A stretch of DNA of 64,000 nt from an uncultured Bacteroidota bacterium (lineage in GTDB: Bacteria; Bacteroidota; Bacteroidia; AKYH767-A; OLB10), in the NCBI GenBank assembly GCA_900696575.1, contig CAADHD010000018.1, positions 151,106 to 215,105 on the forward strand, written 5' to 3'. Position numbers and translations under genes: made by a program. The notes under the pieces are model-generated. The model ran no database searches, had not been told where the DNA came from, and was given only the letters and a program-made list of their open reading frames with translations. This document shows, in pieces, positions 1-10,544 of the stretch (its first letter is position 1; every line of letters begins with the position of its first letter).

Positions 1-1
1 C

Positions 2-325
2 TATGTGGAATCGGATAAATTTCCGAAAGCTACTTTTAAAGGAATGATTGACAACCTGAGCGAAGTGGATTTCGGCAAGGATGGCGAGTATGCTGTTTCC
101 GTTTCCGGAAAAATGGAACTGCATGGCATTACCCGCAATGTGAACGCCAAAGGGAAACTGAAAGTAGAAGGCACCACGGTAACCGCAGTTTCAGAGTTTT
201 TGCTTAATCCGGAAGATTATGACATCAAAATTCCGAAGCTGGTTCGCGATAAAATTGCCAAAGAGGTAAAAGTGGTAGTGGATATGAAAATGAACAAGAT
301 TGCCGAAGATAAAACCGAGAAATAA
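2..325 (+). CDS. YceI-family protein, 5'-truncated by window edge
   Basis: YVESDKFPKATFKG...GKMELHGITRNV...F.LNPEDYDIKIP pattern of Bacteroidota YceI proteins; frame is open from base 2. Confidence 0.85.
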   Translation, partial: YVESDKFPKATFKGMIDNLSEVDFGKDGEYAVSVSGKMELHGITRNVNAKGKLKVEGTTVTAVSEFLLNPEDYDIKIPKLVRDKIAKEVKVVVDMKMNKIAEDKTEK

Positions 326-1209
326 TGAAAAAAGCAGTATTGGTTTTTATATTTTTTTGGTTCTGTTCCGTTTCGCCTGCTCAGGATGTTGATTTATTGA
401 AATTACTTGGTGAAGAAAAACCGGAAACCGAACAGGTGAGGAATGCTTTTAAATCAACCCGGGTAATCATGGGGCACAGTACAGAAATGCTGGCAGCCGG
501 GGTGCTCGACTTCCGCATTTTGCATCGCTTCGGTAAAATCAATGAAGGCGCCTATGAAATGTTTGGATTAGACAAAGCTTCCATACGCCTCGGCCTTGAC
601 TATGCCATCAGCAACCGGTTTACCGTGGGTGTAGGCAGAAGCACTACTAAAAAGGAAACCGATGCATTTCTTAAAACCCGGTTACTTTGGCAAACTAAAG
701 GAGCAAAGCATTTCCCGTTTGCTCTTACGCTTGTTAACGGGATGACGGCCGATGGGCTTAAATGGCAGAACCCCGAGCGTACCAATTATTTTTCTTCCCG
801 CCTGGCGTATTACCATCAGTTAATCATTGCCCGTAAATTCAGCGAATCATTTACACTGCAAATAGCCCCCACCTATGTTCACCGTAACCTTGTTCAGCTT
901 TCTACTCAGGAAAACGACATTGGAGGATTGGGAGTTGGTAGCCGCCTGAAACTTACCAGGCGAATAGCTTTAATGATAGATTATTTTTATGTACCCAAAC
1001 GCGGAAGCGATGAATTCATCAGTCCGCTTTCTGTAGGCTTTGATATAGAAACAGGAGGGCATGTCTTTCAATTACATTTTACCAATGCCCTTGGTATGAA
1101 CGAACGGGCTTTTATAGCTGATACTGCCGGCAAATGGGAAAAAGGAGATATTCATTTCGGATTTAACATTTCGAGGGTTTTTACGTTATCTACAAGGAAC
1201 CGAAAATAG
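325..1209 (+). CDS. DUF5777-family outer-membrane beta-barrel protein
   Basis: Signal peptide; FKSTRVIMGHS, DFRILHRFG, GFDIETGGHVFQLHFTN motifs; follows YceI as is typical. Confidence 0.75.
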   Translation: MKKAVLVFIFFWFCSVSPAQDVDLLKLLGEEKPETEQVRNAFKSTRVIMGHSTEMLAAGVLDFRILHRFGKINEGAYEMFGLDKASIRLGLDYAISNRFTVGVGRSTTKKETDAFLKTRLLWQTKGAKHFPFALTLVNGMTADGLKWQNPERTNYFSSRLAYYHQLIIARKFSESFTLQIAPTYVHRNLVQLSTQENDIGGLGVGSRLKLTRRIALMIDYFYVPKRGSDEFISPLSVGFDIETGGHVFQLHFTNALGMNERAFIADTAGKWEKGDIHFGFNISRVFTLSTRNRK

Positions 1210-1236
1210 TTTTTCATAGTGTTTGTTTAGGTTAGC

Positions 1237-1276
1237 AAGGTCGCTGCTCAGTTTTGAGTGGCGGCTTTGTTTTTTT
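1237..1276 (+). terminator. Intrinsic terminator
   Basis: GTCGCTGCTCA-GTTT-TGAGTGGCGGC hairpin followed by a T-run. Confidence 0.7.
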
Positions 1277-1312
1277 GAAATGTTGCAGAAATCAGAATCA
1301 GGCCAATAATTC

Positions 1313-1320
1313 TACTTTTG
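1313..1320 (+). promoter_or_regulatory. Bacteroidota -7 promoter element (TACTTTTG)
   Basis: Matches TAnnTTTG 7 bp upstream of the panD ATG. Confidence 0.6.
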
Positions 1321-1327
1321 TCCCCGC

Positions 1328-1681
1328 ATGATGATACAGATCTTAAAATCAAAAATTCACCGCGCCATAGTTACGCAGGCAGAGCTGCATTATGTCGGCA
1401 GTATTACCATTGATGAAACACTGATGGAAGCGGCAAACCTGATTGAAAATGAATTAGTGCAGGTATTGAATGTGAATAATGGCGAACGGTTTGAAACCTA
1501 TGTGATTAAAGGCCAAAAAAACAGCGGAGTGATTTGCCTTAACGGCCCGGCAGCACGATTGGCTCAGGTTGGCGACCCTGTTATTGTGATTTCTTATGCC
1601 GTGATGGATTTTGAAGAAGCCAAAACATTTAACCCCGTACTAATTTTTCCTGACTCGAACAACCGTTTGCCTTCACGGTGA
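1328..1681 (+). CDS. panD: Aspartate 1-decarboxylase
   Basis: KSKIHRA, Y-VG|SITID self-cleavage site, [13 protein letters not shown]. Confidence 0.97.
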   Translation: MMIQILKSKIHRAIVTQAELHYVGSITIDETLMEAANLIENELVQVLNVNNGERFETYVIKGQKNSGVICLNGPAARLAQVGDPVIVISYAVMDFEEAKTFNPVLIFPDSNNRLPSR

Positions 1682-2664
1682 TTTCTTCTGCTACCATTAA
1701 GAATACCATCAAATACCTGTTGCTGCTGGGCATCGGAATTCTTTTGCTTTGGCTTACGTTTAAAGGACATGACTTGAAGAAAATTTTCAATGACATTTAC
1801 CATGCCCGGCCGCTTTATGTTTTTCTGTCAGTACTGGCAGGGTTCATAGCCTTTCTGCTGCGCGCCTACCGATGGAATATGCTGATAGAACCACTTGGAT
1901 ACCGTTCTGATTTTTTCAATGCTTCCTATGCCCTCGGTCTTGGTTATTTTGCCAATCTGGCTATCCCGCGCATCGGTGAAATAACACGTTGCGGAGTGCT
2001 TAACCGAACTGATAAAATTCCAATGGATAAGCTCATTGGTACAGTGATAACCGAACGTGTTATTGATTTATTCATGCTTTTCCTTTCCGTGGCGCTGGCA
2101 GCAGCGCTTCAGTTTGATCTGATGACCAGCTTTCTGCGCAATAAAGTTTTTGCAGGAGCTAATGGCGGCAGCAATACGGCCATTTACATTTTGGGGGTCA
2201 CGGCTGTATCAGGTATCTGTGCCGGAATGTTTCTGTTGTTTTCTAAAAAGCCAAAGGCAATTAAACTGCGCGAAAAAATTATTCTTCTCATTCGCGGAGT
2301 GTGGGCCGGTTTATTTTCAGTCATGAAAGTGAAAAGCAAAGCATGCTTTGTCTTTCACACCATCTTGATTTGGGCGCTTTATTTCGTTTCAACCTATTTA
2401 TGTTTTTTCGCCTTAGACGCTACTGCTCACCTCGGATGGAAGGAAGGTTTGTTCATCCTTGTTGCAGGCGGGCTCGGCATGTCTGCTCCCGTACAGGGCG
2501 GCATTGGCGCATACCATTACATTGTTTCACAGGCATTGCTTCTCTTCGGCATTGCAGAAAACGATGGAATCACGTATGCAACACTGGTACATTCGTATCA
2601 AATGCTGCTCATAATTGTTTTAGGATTGATTTCCCTCTTTATGATTTTCATCCGTAAAAACTGA
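1678..2664 (+). CDS. Lysylphosphatidylglycerol synthase TM / flippase-like membrane protein
   Basis: Multi-TM; [39 protein letters not shown]. Confidence 0.85.
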   Translation: MISSATIKNTIKYLLLLGIGILLLWLTFKGHDLKKIFNDIYHARPLYVFLSVLAGFIAFLLRAYRWNMLIEPLGYRSDFFNASYALGLGYFANLAIPRIGEITRCGVLNRTDKIPMDKLIGTVITERVIDLFMLFLSVALAAALQFDLMTSFLRNKVFAGANGGSNTAIYILGVTAVSGICAGMFLLFSKKPKAIKLREKIILLIRGVWAGLFSVMKVKSKACFVFHTILIWALYFVSTYLCFFALDATAHLGWKEGLFILVAGGLGMSAPVQGGIGAYHYIVSQALLLFGIAENDGITYATLVHSYQMLLIIVLGLISLFMIFIRKN

Positions 2665-2667
2665 ATC

Positions 2668-3168
2668 ATGGATTACAGCCATATCATTCCCGCAAAAATT
2701 CACCATACTGTTGAAACTTTCAGGCATGAATTAAACAGGCTTAAATTTTTCAATAAGAAAATTGTTTTCACCAATGGCTGCTTCGACATTCTGCACCATG
2801 GCCACATTGACTACCTGATAAAAGCTGCTGCCCTTGGCGATTATCTTATCATAGGCCTGAATACCGATAGTTCCGTAAGAAGAAATAAGGGAATCAAAAG
2901 ACCAATCAATGATGAGCAGTCGCGCGCTTTGTTGCTCGCTTCGCTTCGCTTTGTGGATGCTGTTTTCCTTTTTGATTCGCAAACTCCGGCTGATTTAATC
3001 CGTGATATTATTCCCGATGTGCTGGTTAAAGGCGCTGATTACAAACCTGAAGAGATTGCCGGCTATGATACGGTTGTAAGCCACGGAGGGCAAGTGCTGA
3101 CCATTGATTTGCTGCCGGGATTCTCTACATCACTGATCGAAAAACGAATTATGGATTTAAACCGCTGA
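2668..3168 (+). CDS. rfaE2: D-glycero-beta-D-manno-heptose 1-phosphate adenylyltransferase (stand-alone RfaE domain II)
   Basis: VFTNGCFDILHHGH, GLNTDSSVR, LVKGADY. Confidence 0.9.
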   Translation: MDYSHIIPAKIHHTVETFRHELNRLKFFNKKIVFTNGCFDILHHGHIDYLIKAAALGDYLIIGLNTDSSVRRNKGIKRPINDEQSRALLLASLRFVDAVFLFDSQTPADLIRDIIPDVLVKGADYKPEEIAGYDTVVSHGGQVLTIDLLPGFSTSLIEKRIMDLNR

Positions 3169-3268
3169 GAAAATCATAAATGCCCGAATCAGCCGTTTAG
3201 CTTGGTGTCTGTTAACGAAAAGTTTAATCAACTTTCATCAGATAAACAAAAACATGTAGGTTTGTAAC

Positions 3269-3712
3269 GTGAACACAGCAAGGATCATCATATCAGCAAC
3301 ATTGATAGCTTGTGTTTTTCTTTTTGGCTCCTGCGAAAACAATCAATGGTTCAAATCAGAGAAAGACCTGAATAATAAAATTCAGGGATCATGGAAACGA
3401 CAGTTTTTTACTCCCCTTCCTAATCCTGACTACGGCCTGAACTTTAATGAAGAGTACTGGACATTTGTTGAAGGCGATGTTTATCGAATGCATATCAAGG
3501 GAGGCAATACTGACACTATTGATGAGGGCACTTATTCCATTGATGCCAAATGGTTTTCATCGTATCTGAAGATGGAAGGATTTACTAACGACACAGCCGG
3601 GTTATTCAATAATAAATTCACCATTGTAGAGCTTAACCGCGATGTCTTGCTGATTGCCGCTGATGTGCCCAAAGGAGGAATACAACAGTACGAATTCAGC
3701 CGCAAGAATTAG
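3269..3712 (+). CDS. Hypothetical lipoprotein (lipocalin-like beta fold)
   Basis: Lipobox LFGSC; IQGSW motif; TAGGTTTG -7 box just upstream. Confidence 0.6.
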   Translation: MNTARIIISATLIACVFLFGSCENNQWFKSEKDLNNKIQGSWKRQFFTPLPNPDYGLNFNEEYWTFVEGDVYRMHIKGGNTDTIDEGTYSIDAKWFSSYLKMEGFTNDTAGLFNNKFTIVELNRDVLLIAADVPKGGIQQYEFSRKN

Positions 3713-3722
3713 CGGGTCTTAT

Positions 3723-5087
3723 ATGGCCAAAACCAAATCAGTTTTTGTTTGCCAGTGTTGCGGAGTACAATCCCCTAAATGGGTGGGCAAATGCCCGTCT
3801 TGCGGAGAATGGAACAGCTTTGTAGAAGAATTAAAAGTTACCGGTGAAAGCCGAATGCCTTCTCTCAAAACAGCACGAACTTCCATTCCTGTAAATGTTT
3901 CAGAAATAAAACCCGGCAATGAACAACGTGTTTTTTTAAGCGGCAATGAGTTAAACAGAGTGCTGGGCGGAGGCCTGGTCCCGGGGTCGCTGGTGCTTAT
4001 TGGAGGAGAGCCGGGTATTGGTAAGTCAACCTTGCTTTTACAGGAAGCCTTGCGGATAAAAGGAAAAACTATTCTTTACATTTCGGGAGAAGAAAGTGAG
4101 CAACAGATAAGAATGCGTGCCGACCGGATTGGCTTTACGGCTAACCAGTGTTTGGTGCTAACCGAAGTATCACTCGAAATAATTTTCAGGCAGCTTGAAA
4201 ACATTCATCCCGATTTGATAATTGTTGATTCCATTCAAACATTGTTTTCCGAAAAAATTGAATCGGCTCCCGGTTCTGTTTCCCAGATACGCGAATGTGC
4301 CTCAGCATTGCTTCGTTATGCCAAAGATTCAGGAACAGCCGTAATACTTATCGGTCATATTACCAAGGACGGCTCCATTGCAGGACCGAAAATTCTGGAA
4401 CACATGGTAGATGCCGTGCTTCAGTTTGAAGGCGACCGCCATCATGTTTTCCGGCTGTTACGCGCCTCGAAAAACCGCTTTGGTTCAACTGCAGAAATCG
4501 GTATTTACGAAATGCATGATAACGGCCTTAAAGAAGTTGTTAACCCGTCTGAAATTCTGCTTACCCCGCGCTCTGAACTATTGAGCGGTGTCGCTATTTC
4601 ATGTACCATGGATGGATTAAGACCAATGATGATTGAATCGCAGGCATTGGTAAGCAGTGCTGTGTATGGTATGCCACAGCGCTCTGCTACCGGATTTGAT
4701 TTGCGAAGATTGAATATGCTTCTTGCTGTATTGGAAAAGCGATGTGATTTTAAGCTGGCTTCAAAGGATGTTTTTCTCAACATCACAGGCGGTTTGCGTG
4801 TGGACGATCCTGCCATTGATCTTGCTGTTACCTGTGCTATTCTTTCTTCTGATGCCGATATACCGGTTTCTCCAAAAATCTGTTTTGCTGCCGAAGTAGG
4901 GTTATCCGGTGAAATAAGACCGGTAAACCGCATTGAACAGCGCATTATCGAAGCAGATAAGTTGGGCTTTGAGCAAATCTTTTTCTCAAAACATAATACT
5001 CCCCCTGCCGGAAAAATTAAAAACCTGAGAATCAAAGTTGCCCCTGTAGGAAAGATAGAGGAGGTCTTTTCAACCTTATTTTCATAG
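3723..5087 (+). CDS. radA: DNA repair protein RadA/Sms
   Basis: CQCCG..CPSCGEWNS Zn finger, GGEPGIGKST, KNRFG, Lon-like C-terminus; start placed at ATG 3723 (MAKTK). Confidence 0.97.
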   Translation: MAKTKSVFVCQCCGVQSPKWVGKCPSCGEWNSFVEELKVTGESRMPSLKTARTSIPVNVSEIKPGNEQRVFLSGNELNRVLGGGLVPGSLVLIGGEPGIGKSTLLLQEALRIKGKTILYISGEESEQQIRMRADRIGFTANQCLVLTEVSLEIIFRQLENIHPDLIIVDSIQTLFSEKIESAPGSVSQIRECASALLRYAKDSGTAVILIGHITKDGSIAGPKILEHMVDAVLQFEGDRHHVFRLLRASKNRFGSTAEIGIYEMHDNGLKEVVNPSEILLTPRSELLSGVAISCTMDGLRPMMIESQALVSSAVYGMPQRSATGFDLRRLNMLLAVLEKRCDFKLASKDVFLNITGGLRVDDPAIDLAVTCAILSSDADIPVSPKICFAAEVGLSGEIRPVNRIEQRIIEADKLGFEQIFFSKHNTPPAGKIKNLRIKVAPVGKIEEVFSTLFS

Positions 5088-5180
5088 CTGGCAATAATAC
5101 ATTCGTGTGATTTTATTCTTGCACTCATCATCATATCAGCTTTTCATTTACTTTTATCGCTTCAATCAAATCAATCCCGT

Positions 5181-6200
5181 ATGAAAAACAATTCCGCACT
5201 CATAATTTTCTGCCTGTTTGCTTTTGGCTCATTGAAAGCGCAAAGCACTTTTGAAATAGGACTTGCCTCAGGCGTTACCAATTATTTCGGAGATCTTGGT
5301 AATGAAAAAGTTTTTCAAACCACATCCGCCAATCCCGGTATGGCAATTACTTTCCGTAACCTGATGACCAGTTCAGCGCTTACAGGCTATCAATACAGCC
5401 CGCTTTCGTTTGAATTCCGGCTGTCATGGCACCGCATCGGGTATGATGAAACCAAGTCAATTGGCGATCAGATTGGTTTTGAATTGCGCAACTACGGACG
5501 GGGCATCAACTTCAGAAACGATATTTACGGAGCCTCAGCGCATCTTACTTATACTTTCTATCAGGACACCCGTATTCCGCTGCATAAGCAAGGCATGGCT
5601 ATGTTTGTGTTTGGCGGTGCAGGAGTTTATTACGGAAAACCAAAAGCTGACTTATTCAGAGGGGAAGCCTCGCTTGACAACCGCTACTATTACTGGTTTG
5701 ACGGCACCACCCGCGATCAACCGCAAAGTGCAGGGATTGGAAACATCATTGAAAAGGATGGGGTTTATGAAACAGACCTCTCAAAATGGGTAACAGAGAA
5801 AGGGCAGAGCGAAGGCGAAATGGCCGGCAAATCGAAATATGCGCACACGCATTTTGCCGTTCCCTTCGGATTCGGTTTCCGTCTTGGCATTAGCCGCCTG
5901 CTTACGGCTTCCCTCGAATTCGGGTATTATTATTTCTTTACCGACTTTCTGGATGATGTAAGCGGTGAATACGTTACATATTCAGATCTGGAAAGGCTTT
6001 ATCCCAATGACCCGAAAATGCAGCAGTTGGCTTTGTACATTTCTGATCCTACAGGGTATGGAACAAATGGTTATCCCGGCCCGGCAACCAGTCCGCGCGG
6101 TAACCCCGATAAATCGGATGCCTACAGCTTCATCAATCTTGAGCTCGCTTATAAGTTCAGTTTGCGCACCGAAAAAATCCGTTTTCTTGGCAGAAGGTAA
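5181..6200 (+). CDS. DUF6089-like outer-membrane beta-barrel protein
   Basis: Signal peptide, NYFGDLG, FTDFLDDVSG, RGNPDKSDAY motifs. Confidence 0.6.
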   Translation: MKNNSALIIFCLFAFGSLKAQSTFEIGLASGVTNYFGDLGNEKVFQTTSANPGMAITFRNLMTSSALTGYQYSPLSFEFRLSWHRIGYDETKSIGDQIGFELRNYGRGINFRNDIYGASAHLTYTFYQDTRIPLHKQGMAMFVFGGAGVYYGKPKADLFRGEASLDNRYYYWFDGTTRDQPQSAGIGNIIEKDGVYETDLSKWVTEKGQSEGEMAGKSKYAHTHFAVPFGFGFRLGISRLLTASLEFGYYYFFTDFLDDVSGEYVTYSDLERLYPNDPKMQQLALYISDPTGYGTNGYPGPATSPRGNPDKSDAYSFINLELAYKFSLRTEKIRFLGRR

Positions 6201-6256
6201 ATAGCTGAATACTCTTGTCTGAATTTATAATCTCATGTATGCCGTAGCTTTACGGC

Positions 6257-7222
6257 ATGAAGGCATCCGTAAATTTTCTTCTGCTTCTTACTTTCTTTTC
6301 TGCAGCCTGTAATCAATCCCCCTCTGCGCAGAAAAAGAAAATTCCTGTTATCGGGTATCTCGATATGGTGGAAGACGAAACTCTGGCCAAAGCCCGGATT
6401 GGTTTTTTTGATGCACTGGAAACAGAAGGATTTTCTGAAAAAGAAAAAACGCTGAAAGTGATTTACACCAATGCGCAAGGCGATATTCCTGCTCTTGGCC
6501 AGGCTGCCGATATGCTCATCAGCCAACAAGTTGATTTAATTGCAAGCAATACAACCCTGGCAACCATAACAGCCGTACAGCGCACCAAAACTATTCCTGT
6601 TTGCATGATGGTTGCGCCCCGTCCTGATATTGCAGGGCTGACCGATAAAAACGGAAATACGCCTTCCAACCTTTTCGGAGTGTATGAAACACTGGAATAC
6701 ATTGATACGGCTATCAGCATTATCAACATCTTTAAACCCGGAGCACAACGCCTCGGCACTCTTTACAATCAAAGCGAACCACAGAGCCGCGATGCTTTTG
6801 CAAGGCTGGAGCAGCAATGCAAAGTTTACGGATGGGAGCTTTTCAGTTTGCCGGTAAACAATTCTTCAGAAACACAATTAGCAACGGCTGCTTTGCTTCG
6901 CAAAAAACCTGATGTGTTTTTTGCATTGCCTGACAATGTCATCTTTGCTTCGTTCGAAACCATTGTGAAACTGTGTAATGATAATAATATCCCGGTATTT
7001 ACCAGCGAAGCCGGGTTGACTGCACGCGGAGCCGTTGCTTCTTTTGGAGCTGATTTTTATGAATGGGGGTTTCAGGCAGGAATGCAAGCTGCGGCTTTTT
7101 TGAAAAACCCTTCAACCAAAAAACCATTGCCCGAAATTGTTTTTAAACGAACACGCATTTTCAACAGCGAAGCAGCATTACGGTTTGGTATAAAAGCCGA
7201 CAGTACTTTTGTGGCGCTGTAA
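6257..7222 (+). CDS. ABC transporter substrate-binding lipoprotein (ABC_sub_bind family)
   Basis: Lipobox FSAAC; NAQGD, GTLYNQSEPQS, FGADFYEWGFQAG; operon with permease and ATPase. Confidence 0.85.
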   Translation: MKASVNFLLLLTFFSAACNQSPSAQKKKIPVIGYLDMVEDETLAKARIGFFDALETEGFSEKEKTLKVIYTNAQGDIPALGQAADMLISQQVDLIASNTTLATITAVQRTKTIPVCMMVAPRPDIAGLTDKNGNTPSNLFGVYETLEYIDTAISIINIFKPGAQRLGTLYNQSEPQSRDAFARLEQQCKVYGWELFSLPVNNSSETQLATAALLRKKPDVFFALPDNVIFASFETIVKLCNDNNIPVFTSEAGLTARGAVASFGADFYEWGFQAGMQAAAFLKNPSTKKPLPEIVFKRTRIFNSEAALRFGIKADSTFVAL

Positions 7223-7232
7223 ACCTCTGTCC

Positions 7233-8099
7233 TTGAATTTTTATACTGCTGCTGTACTTCTGGGTCTTGCTTATTCTGCAATGGCTCTCGGCATTTTTCT
7301 TTCACTTCGCATTTTCCGTATTCCTGATATTACAACAGACGGAAGTTTTACTCTTGGCGGGGCCGTGACGGCTGTTTTGCTTTCACACTTCAGCCTGAAT
7401 CCTTTCCTAGCACTGCCCGTGGTCATTATTGCAGGAGCCTTAACCGGAATTGCTACGGGAGTGATTCACACACAATTAAAGATTCATCCCCTGCTGGCAG
7501 GCATTATTGTTATGACAGGCTTGTACAGCATCAGCCTTGGCATTATGGGGCGAAGCAACATTCCATTGATTTCAACAGGAAGTATATTCGGTGCAATACC
7601 ATTTGCCGGATCATTAAATCAATGGATGGTTTTATCAGGATTCGCTGTTATACTGATAACATTACTCGTTTTTGTTTTAAAAACCGATTTTGGTATTGCC
7701 ATGCGTGCTACCGGTGATAACGAACAGATGGCTATTGCCTCAGGGGTGAATGCCCAGCGAATGAAAATTACAGGGCTAGCAATTGCCAATGCACTTACCT
7801 CCATAAGCGGTTATCTCGTGGTACAGTATCAGGGATTTACCGACATCAACATGGGAATCGGCATTGTCATTTCAGGACTGGCGGCTGTCATTATTGGCGA
7901 ATCATTAATCAGGCTGATAAAAAGCAGCAACCTCCTTTTTCATGCAGTTGCTGTGGTTGCAGGTTCCATTTTATTCAGAATGATTTTAGCGATGGCATTA
8001 ACTTCAGGTGTTAATCCGAACTACCTGAAACTCATTACCGCATTAATTGTACTGGCTGTTGTTGCGCTTACGGGATTCATAAAGGAGGAAAAAAAATGA
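7233..8099 (+). CDS. ABC transporter permease
   Basis: PDITTDGSFTLGGA, MRATGDN, GFTDINMGIG; probable TTG start at 7233. Confidence 0.88.
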   Translation: MNFYTAAVLLGLAYSAMALGIFLSLRIFRIPDITTDGSFTLGGAVTAVLLSHFSLNPFLALPVVIIAGALTGIATGVIHTQLKIHPLLAGIIVMTGLYSISLGIMGRSNIPLISTGSIFGAIPFAGSLNQWMVLSGFAVILITLLVFVLKTDFGIAMRATGDNEQMAIASGVNAQRMKITGLAIANALTSISGYLVVQYQGFTDINMGIGIVISGLAAVIIGESLIRLIKSSNLLFHAVAVVAGSILFRMILAMALTSGVNPNYLKLITALIVLAVVALTGFIKEEKK

Positions 8100-8848
8100 T
8101 AATACTGCAAAATGTCTCTAAATCGTTTTTTGCCGGATTGCCATCCGAAGTGAAGGCTGTTCAGAATATCACTTTGAATTTTGAAGAAGGGGAGAGGGTT
8201 ATTCTTGCAGGAAATAATGGTTCAGGAAAATCCACCTTGCTGAATATCCTCAGCGGAACGGTAACTCCCGATTCAGGAAAAATCATTTTTCACGGCAAAG
8301 ACATTACGCAATTGGCCGAACACAAACGCGCTCCTTTTATCAGCCGCATCTTTCAGAATCCATTGGCAGGAACTGCGCCTCAACTCACTGTTGCAGAAAA
8401 CTTCCGGCTGGCAACACTTCGTTCCCGAAACAAAAAACTGAGCATCGGGTTAACCAAAACTTTTAAAAAAGAAATTGCCGGAATAATTGCTTCATTGCAG
8501 TTGGGAATTGAAAACAAATTGAACACTCCTATTGGTCAGCTATCAGGCGGGCAAAGACAGGCACTCACCTTACTAATGGCGTCTATGAGCGGAGCAAAAA
8601 TTATGTTGATGGATGAACCTGCCGCAGCGCTTGACCCTAAAACAGGAGCATTGGTAATGAAACTGGCTGACCGGATAATTCGCGAAAACAACATGACGGC
8701 TGTTTTAGTAACCCACAACATCAAAGACATGCTGAATTACGGCAAAAGGTTGCTGTTTATGAGTGAAGGGAAAATGGTAAAAGATATTTCAGCAGAGGAA
8801 AAACAAAAGCTTACCTCAAATGATATTTTGGGGTGGTTTGAAGGATAA
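8096..8848 (+). CDS. ABC transporter ATP-binding protein
   Basis: Walker A GNNGSGKST, LSGGQRQ, Walker B LMDEP. Confidence 0.93.
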   Translation: MIILQNVSKSFFAGLPSEVKAVQNITLNFEEGERVILAGNNGSGKSTLLNILSGTVTPDSGKIIFHGKDITQLAEHKRAPFISRIFQNPLAGTAPQLTVAENFRLATLRSRNKKLSIGLTKTFKKEIAGIIASLQLGIENKLNTPIGQLSGGQRQALTLLMASMSGAKIMLMDEPAAALDPKTGALVMKLADRIIRENNMTAVLVTHNIKDMLNYGKRLLFMSEGKMVKDISAEEKQKLTSNDILGWFEG

Positions 8849-8869
8849 AAAACAAAATCCCAGAAAAGG

Positions 8870-8899
8870 AAAAATCCCTCGGATCTTTCGGGGGATTTT

Positions 8900-8900
<1 letters not shown>
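8870..8900. terminator. Bidirectional intrinsic terminator
   Basis: AAAAATCCCTCG...CGGGGGATTTTT between the convergent ABC operon and tRNA. Confidence 0.65.
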
Positions 8901-8976
<76 letters not shown>

Positions 8977-9059
8977 TCGTTTGAAAAAGGGACGCAAATA
9001 AAATCAATTTCAAACAGATTGCTGAATATCGAAGCATTTATCCCTTTATTCGCTGCCTT

Positions 9060-10457
9060 ATGTTTAAGTGGTTAGGCAAAGCATTTTCATTAACATGGAA
9101 GGCCATAAAGGGTGAGCAGGCAGATATAATCAGCGGCAGCCTTGACAGGGCTATTCTGCTCCTCTCCGTCCCTATGATTTTAGAAATGGCAATGGAATCG
9201 CTATTTGCCATAACGGATATTTTTTTCGTAAGCCGTATTGGAGTAAATGCAGTGGCAGTGGTCGGGCTTACAGAATCGCTGCTTACTATTGTTTTTTCTA
9301 TTGGCTGGGGGTTGGCTATGGGAGCTACAGCCATGGTTGCCCGTAGAATTGGTGAGAAAAATCCTGAAGCGGCATCCGTCATAGCTGTTCAGGCAATTTA
9401 TGCCGGAGTAGCTGTGGCGGCTATGATTTCTGTAGCAGGATTATTTTTTTCTGAAAAAATTCTTGAATTGATGGGCGCTTCTCATGACGTAATTCAGCAG
9501 GGAAAAGGCTATACTAAATGGATGCTGAGCGGCAACGTAACCATCATGCTGTTGTTTCTAATCAACGGCATTTTCCGAGGGGCAGGGGATGCTGCCCTGG
9601 CGATGCGTTCTTTATGGATTGCCAACGGAATAAATATCATTCTTGACCCCATGCTGATATTTGGCTGGGGGCCGTTTCCTGAAATGGGAGTAACCGGAGC
9701 GGCAATAGCTACCAACTTAGGCCGCGGCTGCGGAGTGCTTTATCAGCTCAGTCATTTTTTTCTGGGGAAAGGCATTGTTAAAATTCACAGAAAGCACTTG
9801 CCTGTAAGGCCCGACATTATCTGGAGTTTGTTAAAAGTTTCTGCCGGAGGAACAGGGCAGTTTATCATTGCCTCATCAAGCTGGATTTTTCTAATGCGCA
9901 TTATGTCACAATTTGGCAGCGTGGCTCTGGCCGGATACACCATTGCAGTGCGTATTATCATCTTTACCATTCTACCGGCATGGGGAATGGCCAACGCTGC
10001 AGCCACGCTGGTAGGACAGAACCTTGGTGCCGGCAATCCTGAACGGGCCGAAAAAGCAGTTTGGCGAACCGGCTTTGTAAATATGATTTTCATGGTTGGA
10101 GTGATGGTTTTGTTCCTGAGTGCTGCTTCCATTCTCACGGGGATCTTTTCAGATGACCCGGCAGTTAAAAAGTATGCTACCGATTGCCTGCACATCATCA
10201 GTGCCGGTTATGTGTTTTTCAGTTACGGAATGATTCTCGCCCAGTCCTTCAATGGAGCCGGGGATACAAGGACTCCTACCATTTTAAATTTTTTCGGATT
10301 CTGGATGTTCCAGATTCCGTTGGCTTACCTGCTTGCACTAAGTGTTGGCATGGGGCCGCATGGAGTTTTCTGGGCAATCGTTATTTCAGAAAGTGTTTTA
10401 ACCCTTGTAACCGCTTACATATTTACACGCGGCCGCTGGAAAACGGTGAAAGTATAA
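9060..10457 (+). CDS. MATE family efflux transporter
   Basis: ~12 TM; RGAGDAALAMRSLWIANGINIILDP, GQNLGAG. Confidence 0.93.
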   Translation: MFKWLGKAFSLTWKAIKGEQADIISGSLDRAILLLSVPMILEMAMESLFAITDIFFVSRIGVNAVAVVGLTESLLTIVFSIGWGLAMGATAMVARRIGEKNPEAASVIAVQAIYAGVAVAAMISVAGLFFSEKILELMGASHDVIQQGKGYTKWMLSGNVTIMLLFLINGIFRGAGDAALAMRSLWIANGINIILDPMLIFGWGPFPEMGVTGAAIATNLGRGCGVLYQLSHFFLGKGIVKIHRKHLPVRPDIIWSLLKVSAGGTGQFIIASSSWIFLMRIMSQFGSVALAGYTIAVRIIIFTILPAWGMANAAATLVGQNLGAGNPERAEKAVWRTGFVNMIFMVGVMVLFLSAASILTGIFSDDPAVKKYATDCLHIISAGYVFFSYGMILAQSFNGAGDTRTPTILNFFGFWMFQIPLAYLLALSVGMGPHGVFWAIVISESVLTLVTAYIFTRGRWKTVKV

Positions 10458-10486
10458 AGCCCCCAATCTTTTCACAGCCCGTTTCC

Positions 10487-10535
10487 TTAACATTGGCATA
10501 ATGTTGATGACAGTACATTTGACCATTCCTTAACA
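10487..10535 (+). promoter_or_regulatory. Candidate OmpR/PhoB-type direct-repeat site
   Basis: TTAACA-N5-ATAATG (10487) and TTGACC-ATTCC-TTAACA (10519-10535), 11-bp period, upstream of the ppk1 operon. Confidence 0.35.
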
Positions 10536-10544
10536 ACATTAACT

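Noticed and set aside
6257-8848. ABC importer as a novel system
   Set aside because: Ordinary three-gene ABC_sub_bind-type transporter, widespread; substrate cannot be read from sequence
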